This document shows positions 19,218 to 29,174 of a stretch of 64,000 nucleotides of DNA, piece by piece (position 1 is the stretch's first letter; each line of letters begins with the position of its first letter). The notes beneath the pieces were generated by a model, which was not told the DNA's origin, searched no databases, and saw only the letters and a list, made by a program, of their open reading frames with translations. A program made the position numbers and the translations under genes. The stretch is from assembly GCA_033763315.1 (NCBI GenBank), contig JANRKS010000009.1, forward strand, positions 256,001 to 320,000. The letters are read 5' to 3'. Source of the stretch: Deltaproteobacteria bacterium. GTDB taxonomy: Bacteria; Myxococcota_A; Polyangia; Fen-1088.

Positions 19218-20311
19218 ACAGCCTGCAACGGTTTTGGCTGTGCGTGGGGGCGATGGTGTTTGCTTCAAGTTGCGCAGGCGCGCGCCTTGAGGAGCGCTCT
19301 CGGCAAGTGCGCTCGCTCATCGCTGAGGCGCGTGCTTCGGGTGCCTACAAATGCGCTCCAAGGCAGCTGGCGTTTGCCGAGAGCCATGTGGTGTTCGCAG
19401 ACAGCGAGCTGCACCAAGGTGACTATTTCCGCGCCAAGGATCACCTTGATTTCGCCGAAGCTCAGGTGTCTGAGGCGTTGCGCGAATCGCCGGCAGATCG
19501 ATGTCTGGCGACCGCAAAACAGCCCACGGTCAAGGTCGCGTTGGAAGCCAAGCCCAAAGACGCAGACGGCGACGGCGTTCTCGACGAGGACGACAAATGC
19601 CCCAAAGAGGCAGAAGACAAAGACGGCTTTGAAGACGCGGATGGCTGCCCCGATCCCGACAACGACGCCGATGGCGTAATGGATGTGGCCGATAAGTGCG
19701 CGCTTGAAGCGGAAGACAAAGACAACTTTGAAGACGCGGATGGCTGCCCGGAACTAGACAACGACGGCGACAAGATCGCCGACGCCCAAGATCAGTGTCC
19801 GATGGAGCGCGAGGACTTTGACAGCTTCGAAGATGCCGACGGCTGCCCCGAGCGCGACAACGACAAAGATTCGCTCGACGACTTGGCCGACAAATGCCCG
19901 AACCAAGCTGGGCCCCCTGGCACCGGCGGTTGCCCCGAGGTGTTCAAGCACATTGAGGTCACCAAAGATAAGATCGAGCTTAAGCAGAAGATCTTCTTTG
20001 CGAGTGCGAAGGCACTGATTCAGTCGCGCAGCTTCGAGCTGCTTGAAGAAGTGGCTTCGGCGCTTAAGTCCCGCCCCACGATGCGCTTGCGCATTGAAGG
20101 TCACACGGATAGCCAGGGCAAACGCGCCTCGAACCTACGCTTGTCGCAACTGCGCGCCGATGCCGTTAAGGCGCATTTGATGGGGTTAGGCGTGGCGGCT
20201 GATAGGATGGAATCGGTGGGCTTTGGCCCCGATCAGCCCATCGAAACGAACCGCACGGCGTCCGGTCGAGATCGCAATCGGCGTGTTGAGTTTGTGATCA
20301 CGGCGCAGTAA
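19214..20311 (+). CDS. OmpA-family lipoprotein with DUF4398-like N-terminus and thrombospondin type-3 repeats
   Basis: Lipobox ASSC; repeated D.DGDG..D..DKCP..EDKDGFEDADGCP; IEGHTD, LSQLRADAV, NRRVEF. Confidence 0.92.
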   Translation: MNSLQRFWLCVGAMVFASSCAGARLEERSRQVRSLIAEARASGAYKCAPRQLAFAESHVVFADSELHQGDYFRAKDHLDFAEAQVSEALRESPADRCLATAKQPTVKVALEAKPKDADGDGVLDEDDKCPKEAEDKDGFEDADGCPDPDNDADGVMDVADKCALEAEDKDNFEDADGCPELDNDGDKIADAQDQCPMEREDFDSFEDADGCPERDNDKDSLDDLADKCPNQAGPPGTGGCPEVFKHIEVTKDKIELKQKIFFASAKALIQSRSFELLEEVASALKSRPTMRLRIEGHTDSQGKRASNLRLSQLRADAVKAHLMGLGVAADRMESVGFGPDQPIETNRTASGRDRNRRVEFVITAQ

Positions 20312-20335
20312 GGTCCGGGGCGAGGTCCCCCCCTG

Positions 20336-22012
20336 ATGACACGCTGGCTGTTCCAGGCGTTTGTTGTTGCGGCGCTTTTGAGCGCGCGCGACCCAAGTGC
20401 CTTCGCTTCACCGTCTTCTGATGTAACTGATTCGCTCAAATCGGCGTCGGCCGCGTTTGCACAGCAGAATTGGGCGTCCGCTTCTGAATCCATTCAGAGG
20501 GCCAAACAGCAGGCCCGAGACGGCGGCTTGGCGAACGACAAGTTGATGGCCAAGGCGCTGGTGCATGAAGGCGCGGTGGTTGCGGCGCAGGGGCGCGCCA
20601 ATGAAAGCATCGCGGTGTTTCGGCACGCGTTGCAGATCGATGCGGGCGCCAAACTGACGGCGGTGTTGGCGGCACGCCCTGAGGTGCTTGATGCGTTCAA
20701 GAAGGCGGTGTTGCTTGAACGTTCCGCTTCCGCGCCGCCGGCGGCGGTCTCCGCGGCGCCTGCGGCGGCGGAGCCACCTGCGCCAACGCCCGCGCCTCCG
20801 CCGCCCAAGCCAGCCGCGGCGCCTGCGCCCGTGGCTGCACCCGTGAAAGCCGCGCCCGAGGCCGCCAAACCGGCGCCCCAGCCCGAACAGACCGCCCCGG
20901 TGGTCGCCGCGAAAGCCCCTCCCGCACCCGAGCCGCCTGCGCCCGCGCCCAAGCCCGCGCCTGCCGCGGTACCGAAGCCAGAATCAGCGAAGCCCGCAGC
21001 CGCGAATGAGCCTGAGGAACCCGATCTGCCCGCGTCGCTGCCGCGCCCTTTGCATTGCCCGAACCCGGACGAAGCGCCGCCGGGTCACAAAGCCGTGCTT
21101 CGTTGCGTGGCTCAACCCGAGTTGGACGTGGCACGGGTGTTGTTGTTTTACCGCCTGCCGGGCAACGAAAATTACGAGACGGTCCCTGCGGCCAAGACGC
21201 CGCGCGGTTGGTACGTGGCCGTGGTGCCAGCCAAGGCCTTCTCGGGCAAGGTGATGCAGTATTACTTCGAGGCGCGCGACAGCACCGACAAGTCTGTGGC
21301 TGACAATGGCCGCTTCGAGAGCCCGAACATCATGATCGTGTCGAAGGTCGCGCCCCCCGTTGTGCACAATGCTTTGGCAGGCGTTCGCATGGAGAACGAT
21401 GCCAACGTGGGCGAGGCCGAAGAAGAGAACCCAATCTCGCGGTTGTTCAACAACGAACGCGAAAGCACCGGCGCCAAATACTGGGTGTCACTGATGGTGG
21501 GGCGCGGCCTGGGCCACCACGGGTCGACGACTTTGGAATGGTATGGTTCGGAAGTGTCGGCCGGTTTTCACGGCGCCGGCACCGTTCATTTCGTGCCTGA
21601 ATTCGGCGTGCAGTTGGCGCCCCACTTTGCGATGGCGCTGCAACTGCGCAGCCAAGTGATCGTTCACTCTGGCTCCAAGGGCAACAAGCCCGGGGCACCG
21701 GCGGCGGGTGCAAATGCCGGCCTTTTGCGGCTGATTTGGTTCTTGCCCGTGGGCGAATTTTCGAACTTTCAGATTTCAGCGCTGGCTGGTGCTGGCGAGG
21801 GGTTTCGCTTGGTGGTGGCTCCGAACGAAGTGAATGGACGCACCAGCAGCGACACCGTTCGCGGTGGGCCGATCTTGGCGGGCCTTGGTTTGCACACCGA
21901 CATCGCGTTTACGCGGACGTGGGCGCTTCGCTTAGGTCTGGAGGTGTTGCAGGGCTTCGGCAACAGCGCCACGGTCATCGACTTCGCCGGCGGGCTCGTG
22001 GCTTGGTTCTAA
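20336..22012 (+). CDS. Exported TPR / Pro-Ala linker / putative C-terminal beta-barrel protein
   Basis: Signal peptide (AFA-S), TPR-like helices, ~100-aa PA-rich linker, amphipathic beta-strands ending GLVAWF. Confidence 0.7.
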   Translation: MTRWLFQAFVVAALLSARDPSAFASPSSDVTDSLKSASAAFAQQNWASASESIQRAKQQARDGGLANDKLMAKALVHEGAVVAAQGRANESIAVFRHALQIDAGAKLTAVLAARPEVLDAFKKAVLLERSASAPPAAVSAAPAAAEPPAPTPAPPPPKPAAAPAPVAAPVKAAPEAAKPAPQPEQTAPVVAAKAPPAPEPPAPAPKPAPAAVPKPESAKPAAANEPEEPDLPASLPRPLHCPNPDEAPPGHKAVLRCVAQPELDVARVLLFYRLPGNENYETVPAAKTPRGWYVAVVPAKAFSGKVMQYYFEARDSTDKSVADNGRFESPNIMIVSKVAPPVVHNALAGVRMENDANVGEAEEENPISRLFNNERESTGAKYWVSLMVGRGLGHHGSTTLEWYGSEVSAGFHGAGTVHFVPEFGVQLAPHFAMALQLRSQVIVHSGSKGNKPGAPAAGANAGLLRLIWFLPVGEFSNFQISALAGAGEGFRLVVAPNEVNGRTSSDTVRGGPILAGLGLHTDIAFTRTWALRLGLEVLQGFGNSATVIDFAGGLVAWF

Positions 22013-22016
22013 AGCG

Positions 22017-24281
22017 CTAATCGCACAAATGGTTCGCGACGACCTGACGGTACGCGGGCCATTTGAGCGGGCTGTTGTGCAGATTCATCTCGGCCGTTGC
22101 AAAACGCGCGGCGGCCCAGCACCTGTCGCCAAAGCCGCGCATGGATAACGCTTTGCCCATCCATTGGCTGGTGAGGTGACGGCTCTCGGCGGCCATCAGG
22201 CCTGCGACGAACGTGCCCACCGGACCCAGGGGCCGTCGCGACGCTTGCAGCTTGGTTGATACGTTCAACGCCTGCGTTGGTGCGTATTGTGTGAGCATGC
22301 GCCACCAGCGCAGGTCGTCGTCATTCTTGATGGCAGCTACATTCATGGCCGCCAAAGTGGACGCCAAGGCCCTGCTGCCGCCGCGCGCATAAGCGGCCCG
22401 TGCCGCCAGCAAACGTTCTTCGGGGGACAACGCCGCTTGGGTCGGCGTGACGCTTTCAGCCGCCTCGGGCCGGCGTGCGAGCAACAACGCAAGTTCAACC
22501 CAGGTGCGCCCCCGGAAGGCCGCTTCTGTGTTTGCATTGAGGGCCTTTTGCCATGGTCGTGCCAGGTCCGCTTGCCCAAGGTTTGCCAACGTGAGCGCCA
22601 CCGCCGCCATCGTGCGCGGATCGGAGATGGCTTCTCGCCCAGCCGCAATGGCTCGCCGTTCGGCCTCCTCATGCAAGCCTCGCCTTCGCAAGGCGCTGGC
22701 GGCACGAATTGAGCACTGGGCAAACAGGTTCGGCCCCAGCGCCGGCGCGCACGAGCCTGCGTCTGTCTCATTTGTGGGGTGCAAGCCGTCGTTCGCTTCG
22801 CGCAGCAAGGCCTCGGCCCGGGGGTGAACCGGCTTGGACTGCGCAAACGGCGCCAAGATGTGCAGAGCCTCGGCCGCGCGACCGTCATCGATGGCAAGCT
22901 CGGCCGCCAGCAACATGGCGGCGGGCTTTTCATTGAGCGAAGCGAGGCGCGCGCGGGCGGCGTCAATGTTGCCCAGCCGTTGCAGCACCCGGGCGCGCGC
23001 CAGCGGCAACCATATTTGGTTTGCACCTTTGGGTTTGGCTCCCTCCACAAGTTCGCGCGCCGCTGTGAGCTTCCCCTCAGCCAGCAATGTGAACACATGC
23101 GCGGCCACAGCCACATCGCTGGTATCGACGTTTGGCAAGGGACGCGCGGGCTTCCAGCCATAATCCAAAAACAGCAACGCCTCTGCCAGGCGTTTGGCGT
23201 CGCTTGCCTGCGCCGACGTAGCGTCCTTGTGAACAGTCAACACTTGGCGCAGCGAGGCCGGCGTGCCCTCGGAAAGCAGATCCTCGATGTTCGCCGTGCT
23301 GGGGTTTTGCGCCAGCCGCAACGTTTGATGCAGTGTCTTCGTGTCTGTGGCCGGCGAGCGTGGCAGCAGCCATCGCACCACGGCGAACCCCAACAACATC
23401 GTTGCAGCCAGCGCCACCAACCAGCCCGCCCCTTTGTGCCAACGTCGCTTCCAGTGTTGGTCTAAAACGGGAATGCCCTTCCACGTGACCGAGGGCGTGT
23501 GCTCGAAGTCGAGGTGGCCGGGCGGTGGCGCGTGGATCATCGACATTTGCGGAGAGGGTGTCACCACGCGTGGCGCACCCTGAACGGAGGGCCATTGTAG
23601 TGTGGTCCGCGCTTGCACGGGCGGGCCCGCCACAGTCAGCACGCCGTCTTCGGCTTCGCTTGCCACAGGCGCAAAATCGGGCCGCGCGTAAAGAGGCGTG
23701 TCAGGCGGCGCGACGCCGGTGGGGGTGGCATCGTCATCGTTTAATTGATTGCGACGTTCGCGCTTCGACAGGCCTTGCGCGGGAATCGGTGGGGGCAGCA
23801 CGCGGCGGCTTGCGAGGCGCGGCAGATCCATCGCGCGTGTGGTGGATTCATCCGCTTGCACATCCGCACGTTCGCCCTCTTGACCGGCCAAACGCTGCAA
23901 CTGGCTGATGCGGCGATTGGCGGGTGAAAGCATCGCCGCTTGGTTCAGCACCGCCTTTGCGCGGGCCCATAAACCCTGCCGGACGAGAACCTCGCCCAGC
24001 CACCGGTACGCGGCGACCGACGCGGGGTACTGAATCGTGGTGGCGCGCAGAACGTCCGCGGCGTCGTCGAGTCGCTCCATCTCGAACAACACGCGGCCCA
24101 AGATCACGCGGCCGCCCGAGAAGTGTGGATGCTGGTGCACAAGCCATCGCGCCAGCGTTTCGGCTTCGGCCAAATGACCACCATCGCACAACGCATGTGC
24201 CGCTGATGCCAATGCCGCTGGCTCCGGTGACGCCCCCGCGATAGCGGTAGAGCGCAACGGAATCGATGCCTCTGAACCCAC
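22017..24281 (-). CDS. Bitopic TPR-repeat membrane protein
   Basis: N-terminal TPRs, Pro-rich linker, TM (WLVALAATMLLGFAVV), TPR-like C-terminal region. Confidence 0.75.
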   Translation of the reverse strand: MGSEASIPLRSTAIAGASPEPAALASAAHALCDGGHLAEAETLARWLVHQHPHFSGGRVILGRVLFEMERLDDAADVLRATTIQYPASVAAYRWLGEVLVRQGLWARAKAVLNQAAMLSPANRRISQLQRLAGQEGERADVQADESTTRAMDLPRLASRRVLPPPIPAQGLSKRERRNQLNDDDATPTGVAPPDTPLYARPDFAPVASEAEDGVLTVAGPPVQARTTLQWPSVQGAPRVVTPSPQMSMIHAPPPGHLDFEHTPSVTWKGIPVLDQHWKRRWHKGAGWLVALAATMLLGFAVVRWLLPRSPATDTKTLHQTLRLAQNPSTANIEDLLSEGTPASLRQVLTVHKDATSAQASDAKRLAEALLFLDYGWKPARPLPNVDTSDVAVAAHVFTLLAEGKLTAARELVEGAKPKGANQIWLPLARARVLQRLGNIDAARARLASLNEKPAAMLLAAELAIDDGRAAEALHILAPFAQSKPVHPRAEALLREANDGLHPTNETDAGSCAPALGPNLFAQCSIRAASALRRRGLHEEAERRAIAAGREAISDPRTMAAVALTLANLGQADLARPWQKALNANTEAAFRGRTWVELALLLARRPEAAESVTPTQAALSPEERLLAARAAYARGGSRALASTLAAMNVAAIKNDDDLRWWRMLTQYAPTQALNVSTKLQASRRPLGPVGTFVAGLMAAESRHLTSQWMGKALSMRGFGDRCWAAARFATAEMNLHNSPLKWPAYRQVVANHLCD

Positions 24282-24346
24282 GGACGCGACTATAAGCGCG
24301 GCCTTCGTTGCCTGCGAAAAAGTTTTTGGATTTCAGTTATGACGTA

Positions 24347-26707
24347 TCACGCCGGTGACACTGTGGTTGCGGGTGCGCGCCAAGCGTCGCGCGCCAAAGG
24401 CACCAGCATCGCCGCGAAAGCAATAAGCAACATGATGCTTTGGTATGTAAAGAACAGGTCGCTTTGGCCCCTGGTCCATCCGTAGGTAGCGAACTGGCCT
24501 ACACACAAAAGGCATAGCGTGAAGATCCATTGTGCTTGGCGGCGTAGGTCGTCGATGCCCGTCAACGCCAGCGGCAACAAGAAGATGAGGTGCAAATAAT
24601 AGTTCGATGGGTAAAACAGAACCGGCACGAGCGTGAGGCTGATAAGCCCGGCCGATTCAGGTGAACGGCGACGGCCTGCCACAAATACACAGCCGACGAA
24701 CGCCAGCATCAATCCGAATCGGACGGGCGCGCGGCGTTCCAGATTCGCCCGGAAGTTTTGCTCCCATTGACCCCATGGGTTCGGAACCCCTGCGGCGGCC
24801 AATTTTTGTCCGGTGGCGCTGGGATCGAACGCCATGACGTTGCGCAGACCTATGTTGTTAACGCTGATGTCATTCTCATGAATGGAGATCTTGTTTGCCC
24901 ACGCCGCCCACGATGACGGCCCGTGCACAGCGACGGACAACGAAAGCAGCACCACCACACACGCCGCCGCTCCGGCGAACGCAGCCAAGGCCGATCGCTC
25001 GGCCGCTTTGAATGCAGACCAGGAGGGCCACTTCTTACGGATGCGCACAAAATCGATCACCCACCACACGGTGGGCACCAACATGAAGATGGCCGCGAGG
25101 GCAGGGAAGGCGCGCAAAAGCCCGCCGTAAGCGAACAGCGCGCCGCCCAGCATGTGGCGCTGCTTCTTGAATGCGCACGCGCCCAACCCCAGCATCACCA
25201 GCCAATCCTGGCGCAACATCGAACCCATTAGGTTGCTTCCAAATTGATAAAAGTCCGTGGCTCCGAACAGCACCAACACATAGCCAAGCGTTCGCCAACC
25301 AAACGCGCGCCCCACGCAGAAAAACATAAAGGCCAGGGCCAGGGGATCGAGCAGCCCCACAAGAATCAAATTCATTTCTGTGGCCGGCATCGAGTGCAAA
25401 ATGGCCCCGGCGCCCAGCAACCACACGGGCGTGGCGTTGCCGCCATGGTCGTTCATGTTCTCCAAGAACGCGCCGTCGCCCATGATATCGATGAACAGCC
25501 GGATGTCGTCCTTGAACGTTGACCATCGGACGTTGTCGAAGCGGCCGCGCACCTCTTCGATGTGATCGCGCATCTCCATGGCCCTCCGCACTTTGCTTTC
25601 TCGCAGATCGCGAAAATGAAGGTTGCCCAACGATTCAAAGGGCTGGTTCCGGACTTCGAGATACGCGGCAAAGCTGGCGGCGTAAAGCCCATCAAACTTC
25701 AACTCGTGAAAGTACTTAGCCGTGGGAAAATAATGGCGCATGTCGTAGCTGTGCACGTACGTGCGTCTGCCCTCCTTGGCATACCAAAACTGCGCGGCGC
25801 CAAAGTGGTAGTAACAACCCACAGCCAAGAACGCGAGCACGCCCAACAGGACGTTGGCCGCGGCGCGGTTGATATTGCCGAGTTGGGGCACCAACACTTC
25901 GCGCGCCACCAGCGCCGCTGCGACAGCCGCAACAAGTCCGCGAATCATGGTCTCTTGATCGAAGAACGGGTAAAGCCCTTGCAGTGTTTTGGCGGTGGCG
26001 CCCGCAAGCAACAACACCACGGCGGCACCCGCGACGGTGACCATTGGTTTCGCGCGACCCATCAACAAGACGACGAACGCCAGGGCGGCCACCGCCACCC
26101 AGCCGAGGCGCACTTTCACGCTTTGATCGAGGGGAATGCCATCCACGCGGTGAAACTCTTGCGGCCAAGGGTTGGGGCACGCGTTTAGCAGGCCCACTTC
26201 AGACAGCGCATAGGATCCGTCGCCACCATGGGCCCACACGCGCACGAAGCGAGCCGTGGCCACAATCTTCGCCACGCGCGTGCGCATGCCCGGCCCCATG
26301 GCCGGTGGGCCGACGAACATCGGAAAGAAGTGGTCGCCGTTGATCGACCCGTCGATCTGGTAAAAGTCGTTGTTGTCGCCCTGCAGGAAGACGCAACGGA
26401 TGGGCTGGGGCCCGCCCAGGTCATAAATGGCGTAGGCATTCTTGTCGCGAAAACGGGTGGTGACGTCCGTGAGCCAAAAATCTCCCTCGGTCGACAGCCG
26501 TTGGTCCGTAAGCGCCGTCGCGTCGCTGATGCCAGAAGAAGCCACTGGCGTCTTGCCGACCAGAAGGCTTTTGACGCCTTCGTCAGCTTGCGCGCTGGCG
26601 GTGACCATCAAGCCGAGCCACAACGCCAAAAGCGAAGCCAGAACACGCGCCACGCACAAGGGTAAGGTCAACATGGGGCGGCGATGATACCCCATGTGTC
26701 GTGGCAT
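24347..26707 (-). CDS. Discoidin/F5-8-like domain + polytopic membrane protein, putative GT-C glycosyltransferase
   Basis: Signal peptide; YDLG...LQGDNND.Y...S..G...ARFVRV...SEV fold pattern; more than 10 TMs; loop HSYDMRHYFPTAKYFHEL. Confidence 0.6.
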   Translation of the reverse strand: MPRHMGYHRRPMLTLPLCVARVLASLLALWLGLMVTASAQADEGVKSLLVGKTPVASSGISDATALTDQRLSTEGDFWLTDVTTRFRDKNAYAIYDLGGPQPIRCVFLQGDNNDFYQIDGSINGDHFFPMFVGPPAMGPGMRTRVAKIVATARFVRVWAHGGDGSYALSEVGLLNACPNPWPQEFHRVDGIPLDQSVKVRLGWVAVAALAFVVLLMGRAKPMVTVAGAAVVLLLAGATAKTLQGLYPFFDQETMIRGLVAAVAAALVAREVLVPQLGNINRAAANVLLGVLAFLAVGCYYHFGAAQFWYAKEGRRTYVHSYDMRHYFPTAKYFHELKFDGLYAASFAAYLEVRNQPFESLGNLHFRDLRESKVRRAMEMRDHIEEVRGRFDNVRWSTFKDDIRLFIDIMGDGAFLENMNDHGGNATPVWLLGAGAILHSMPATEMNLILVGLLDPLALAFMFFCVGRAFGWRTLGYVLVLFGATDFYQFGSNLMGSMLRQDWLVMLGLGACAFKKQRHMLGGALFAYGGLLRAFPALAAIFMLVPTVWWVIDFVRIRKKWPSWSAFKAAERSALAAFAGAAACVVVLLSLSVAVHGPSSWAAWANKISIHENDISVNNIGLRNVMAFDPSATGQKLAAAGVPNPWGQWEQNFRANLERRAPVRFGLMLAFVGCVFVAGRRRSPESAGLISLTLVPVLFYPSNYYLHLIFLLPLALTGIDDLRRQAQWIFTLCLLCVGQFATYGWTRGQSDLFFTYQSIMLLIAFAAMLVPLARDAWRAPATTVSPA

Positions 26708-26737
26708 GTCGGCCTTGTGTTTTGCGCTTGCGCCGCG

Positions 26738-27901
26738 CTAAAGCAACGCCAAGGCGGCTTGTGCGGAGGCGGGCCGCGCCGCAGGGGCCGTGGCTGTGGT
26801 GCTGGCCACGAATCGCGCTAGGGCCGCTCCCGTGGCACCCAGATCGGCCACCGCACCGTCGGGCAGGGTAGGTGCCTCAAATCGACCGCTGGTTAAATCA
26901 GCATGGCTTCGCATCGCCCGCCCCACAACCAATTCCCACACCAGCGCGCCCACGGCGAACACATCTGTGGCGATGCTTGAGCCCGCGCCACGCAGTTGCT
27001 CCGGCGCGAAATAAAGCGGTGTGCCGCCGCCGCTTGCGTTGTCGTTGCTGTCGCAGAGGCGTGCCACGCCAAAATCACCCAACACGGGATCGCCGGGCGC
27101 ACGTAGCAAAATGTTGCGAGGCTTGATGTCGCCGTGAATGAGCCCGCTGCCGTGAACGTGTGCCAGCGTGAGCAGCAACCGCTCAACGGTGGCACGAAGC
27201 TCTCCCGCATCCAACCGTCCCGCAGCGTTCATGCGCTCTCTCAACGTGCCGAGCGGCAAATACTCCAGCGATAAGCTGCGCGTGTGTTCGTCAAGATCGT
27301 ACACCGCCACGACGCCTGGGTGACGCAGGGCTGCCGCGAGGCGTGCTTCGCGAAAAAAGCGCTCCCGCATCTCACTGCGCGCGGCCACCCCCAAGAAAGG
27401 GTGCAAGACCTTCAAAGCCACCTGCAATCCCAGGTGCGTGTCACGCGCCAGGAAAACCGTGCCTGTGGCGCCGCGCCCAAGTTCGGCAATGATCTCGTAC
27501 CTGGCCGCCACCACGCCCTCGGGCGAGAGCAAGGTTGCTTCGGCCTTGTATGAAGTCGTGCGCGGCGGAGTGGATGGCGGGCTGTGTTTTGATAACCGCG
27601 CCAGCTGAGCCCGCGCGGTCACGTGATCAACATCGAGCGCCAGCAACGTCTCCCAACACGCGCGTGCCTCGTCGTGCAGGCCCAATTGTTCAGCCGCCTG
27701 CCCGAGCAACACATGTGCTTGTTCCCATAGAGCATCGGCGCTGGATTGCACCAACACCAATCCCACTTCACGCGCGGCTTTTGCGTCACCTGATTGCAAG
27801 AGCGTTTGTGCCACCTGCAAACGCAACGGCTCGTTGGTCGCATCGGCCGCAAGGCGCGCGCGCAATTTGTTGATCGAGGGCGCGCCTTGCAGCTCGCTCA
27901 C
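26738..27901 (-). CDS. Hanks-type Ser/Thr protein kinase with N-terminal TPR
   Basis: LGRGATGTV, VALK, REARLAA, IHGDIKPRNIL, DFG, GTPLYFAPE, DVFAVG. Confidence 0.92.
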   Translation of the reverse strand: MSELQGAPSINKLRARLAADATNEPLRLQVAQTLLQSGDAKAAREVGLVLVQSSADALWEQAHVLLGQAAEQLGLHDEARACWETLLALDVDHVTARAQLARLSKHSPPSTPPRTTSYKAEATLLSPEGVVAARYEIIAELGRGATGTVFLARDTHLGLQVALKVLHPFLGVAARSEMRERFFREARLAAALRHPGVVAVYDLDEHTRSLSLEYLPLGTLRERMNAAGRLDAGELRATVERLLLTLAHVHGSGLIHGDIKPRNILLRAPGDPVLGDFGVARLCDSNDNASGGGTPLYFAPEQLRGAGSSIATDVFAVGALVWELVVGRAMRSHADLTSGRFEAPTLPDGAVADLGATGAALARFVASTTATAPAARPASAQAALALL

Positions 27902-29133
27902 CCCAGCACCTCGATGACCAACGGCTGGCCTTCACTGTCGGCGAGCTCCAGAAGATCGCCCGCCAGGAGTTCGCAGGTTCGCCCCACAAGTTGCCCAGCC
28001 ACGCGGACCGGCAGGCTTGCCACGCGTTCAAGCCGCGCCACGCCCCCTTCCAAATTCAGCATCAGCCCCTGCGCGGTCGGAAAAGCCCACGCGAGATCAA
28101 GCGGCGATTCGCCAACGATGGCACGCATGGCCCGATCGAGCCCAGAGAGTCCTTTGACATGAACGGCCCTCGCGTCTGTGCCCGACACACGTTCGATCAC
28201 AAGCCTGCACGAGGGACCCAGGCCCACCTCCGTGGCCGCGCGGATGGGCACGCGACCCACCAAACGGGCCGCGCCCAGCGTGGTGCCCGCGCGTGAGTTC
28301 GCGTCCTCCACCGCCAGGTCATCGCCGTCGCTTACGATCGCAGCGTGACGCCGCGACACACCTGGATCGCGAAGCGGCACTTGCACGCCGGCTTCACGCC
28401 CCAACACCGCGGGCGTGCCAGCAAACCGGCACGAAAGCGCTGCGCCCGTGCGGACGCGCAAGTTCAACGTGCGTCCGCGGCACAGGTGCTTTTGCAGGTG
28501 ATCCCGCGTTTGCAGAAGGCCCGCTTGAATCAATAAGTCGTAAGGCGCACCCTCAAGCAGCATCAGCGCGGCCACGCGTTCGCCTGACTCAATCAACGTT
28601 TCGGCTTTGCGGGTTAACTGCGTGGCCGCACGACGTGCGCCACGGCGGCGTTCGATGCGCTCGTGACACGCCTCCATCTTCTCAAGATCGCCGGTGGCGC
28701 CGTAGGCATCGGCCGCGCGCCCATCCTCGTGGGCGCGTTCGAATAGGCGCGCCGCTTCTTTAGGATCACCCGCGGCCATCAGCAGCTCGCCCGCCAACGC
28801 GAGCAACGGGCGCTCCTGCTGGGTCACCGGGTCGTGGCGCAAGCGTTTGGCAAGGCTGCGGCCCGCCAAAGCGCGCAGCGCCGCGATCTCGCGAACGATT
28901 GCCGGCCGCTGGCTGCGGGCTTCAGGCATGCGGGCCAAGGCTCGATCCACAGCACGCGCGGCGGCCGCCAGCTCCTCCAGTGGGACCACATCAAGCGTGG
29001 CGTGCGATAGCAGCAGGTCTACCGAACTCCAGCTGCGCTCTTCCACAAGCCGTTCAGCCAAGCGGGCCAGGCGCCCCACGTTGGCCGCCGCCTCGATCTG
29101 GGCGGGCGAGAGGAGCAGGAGTTCCTCAGCCAT
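27898..29133 (-). CDS. FHA domain protein with helical N-terminal region
   Basis: LGRE...DPGVSRRHAAI...EDANSRAGT; 4-nt overlap with the kinase. Confidence 0.85.
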   Translation of the reverse strand: MAEELLLLSPAQIEAAANVGRLARLAERLVEERSWSSVDLLLSHATLDVVPLEELAAAARAVDRALARMPEARSQRPAIVREIAALRALAGRSLAKRLRHDPVTQQERPLLALAGELLMAAGDPKEAARLFERAHEDGRAADAYGATGDLEKMEACHERIERRRGARRAATQLTRKAETLIESGERVAALMLLEGAPYDLLIQAGLLQTRDHLQKHLCRGRTLNLRVRTGAALSCRFAGTPAVLGREAGVQVPLRDPGVSRRHAAIVSDGDDLAVEDANSRAGTTLGAARLVGRVPIRAATEVGLGPSCRLVIERVSGTDARAVHVKGLSGLDRAMRAIVGESPLDLAWAFPTAQGLMLNLEGGVARLERVASLPVRVAGQLVGRTCELLAGDLLELADSEGQPLVIEVLG

Positions 29134-29174
29134 GGCTCAGATCATAGCGTGGTGCTGCGTGGAGGCCAACAGGG

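Noticed and set aside
19555-19900. Repeated DNA units resembling an array
   Set aside because: Coding thrombospondin type-3 repeats of the OmpA protein, not CRISPR.
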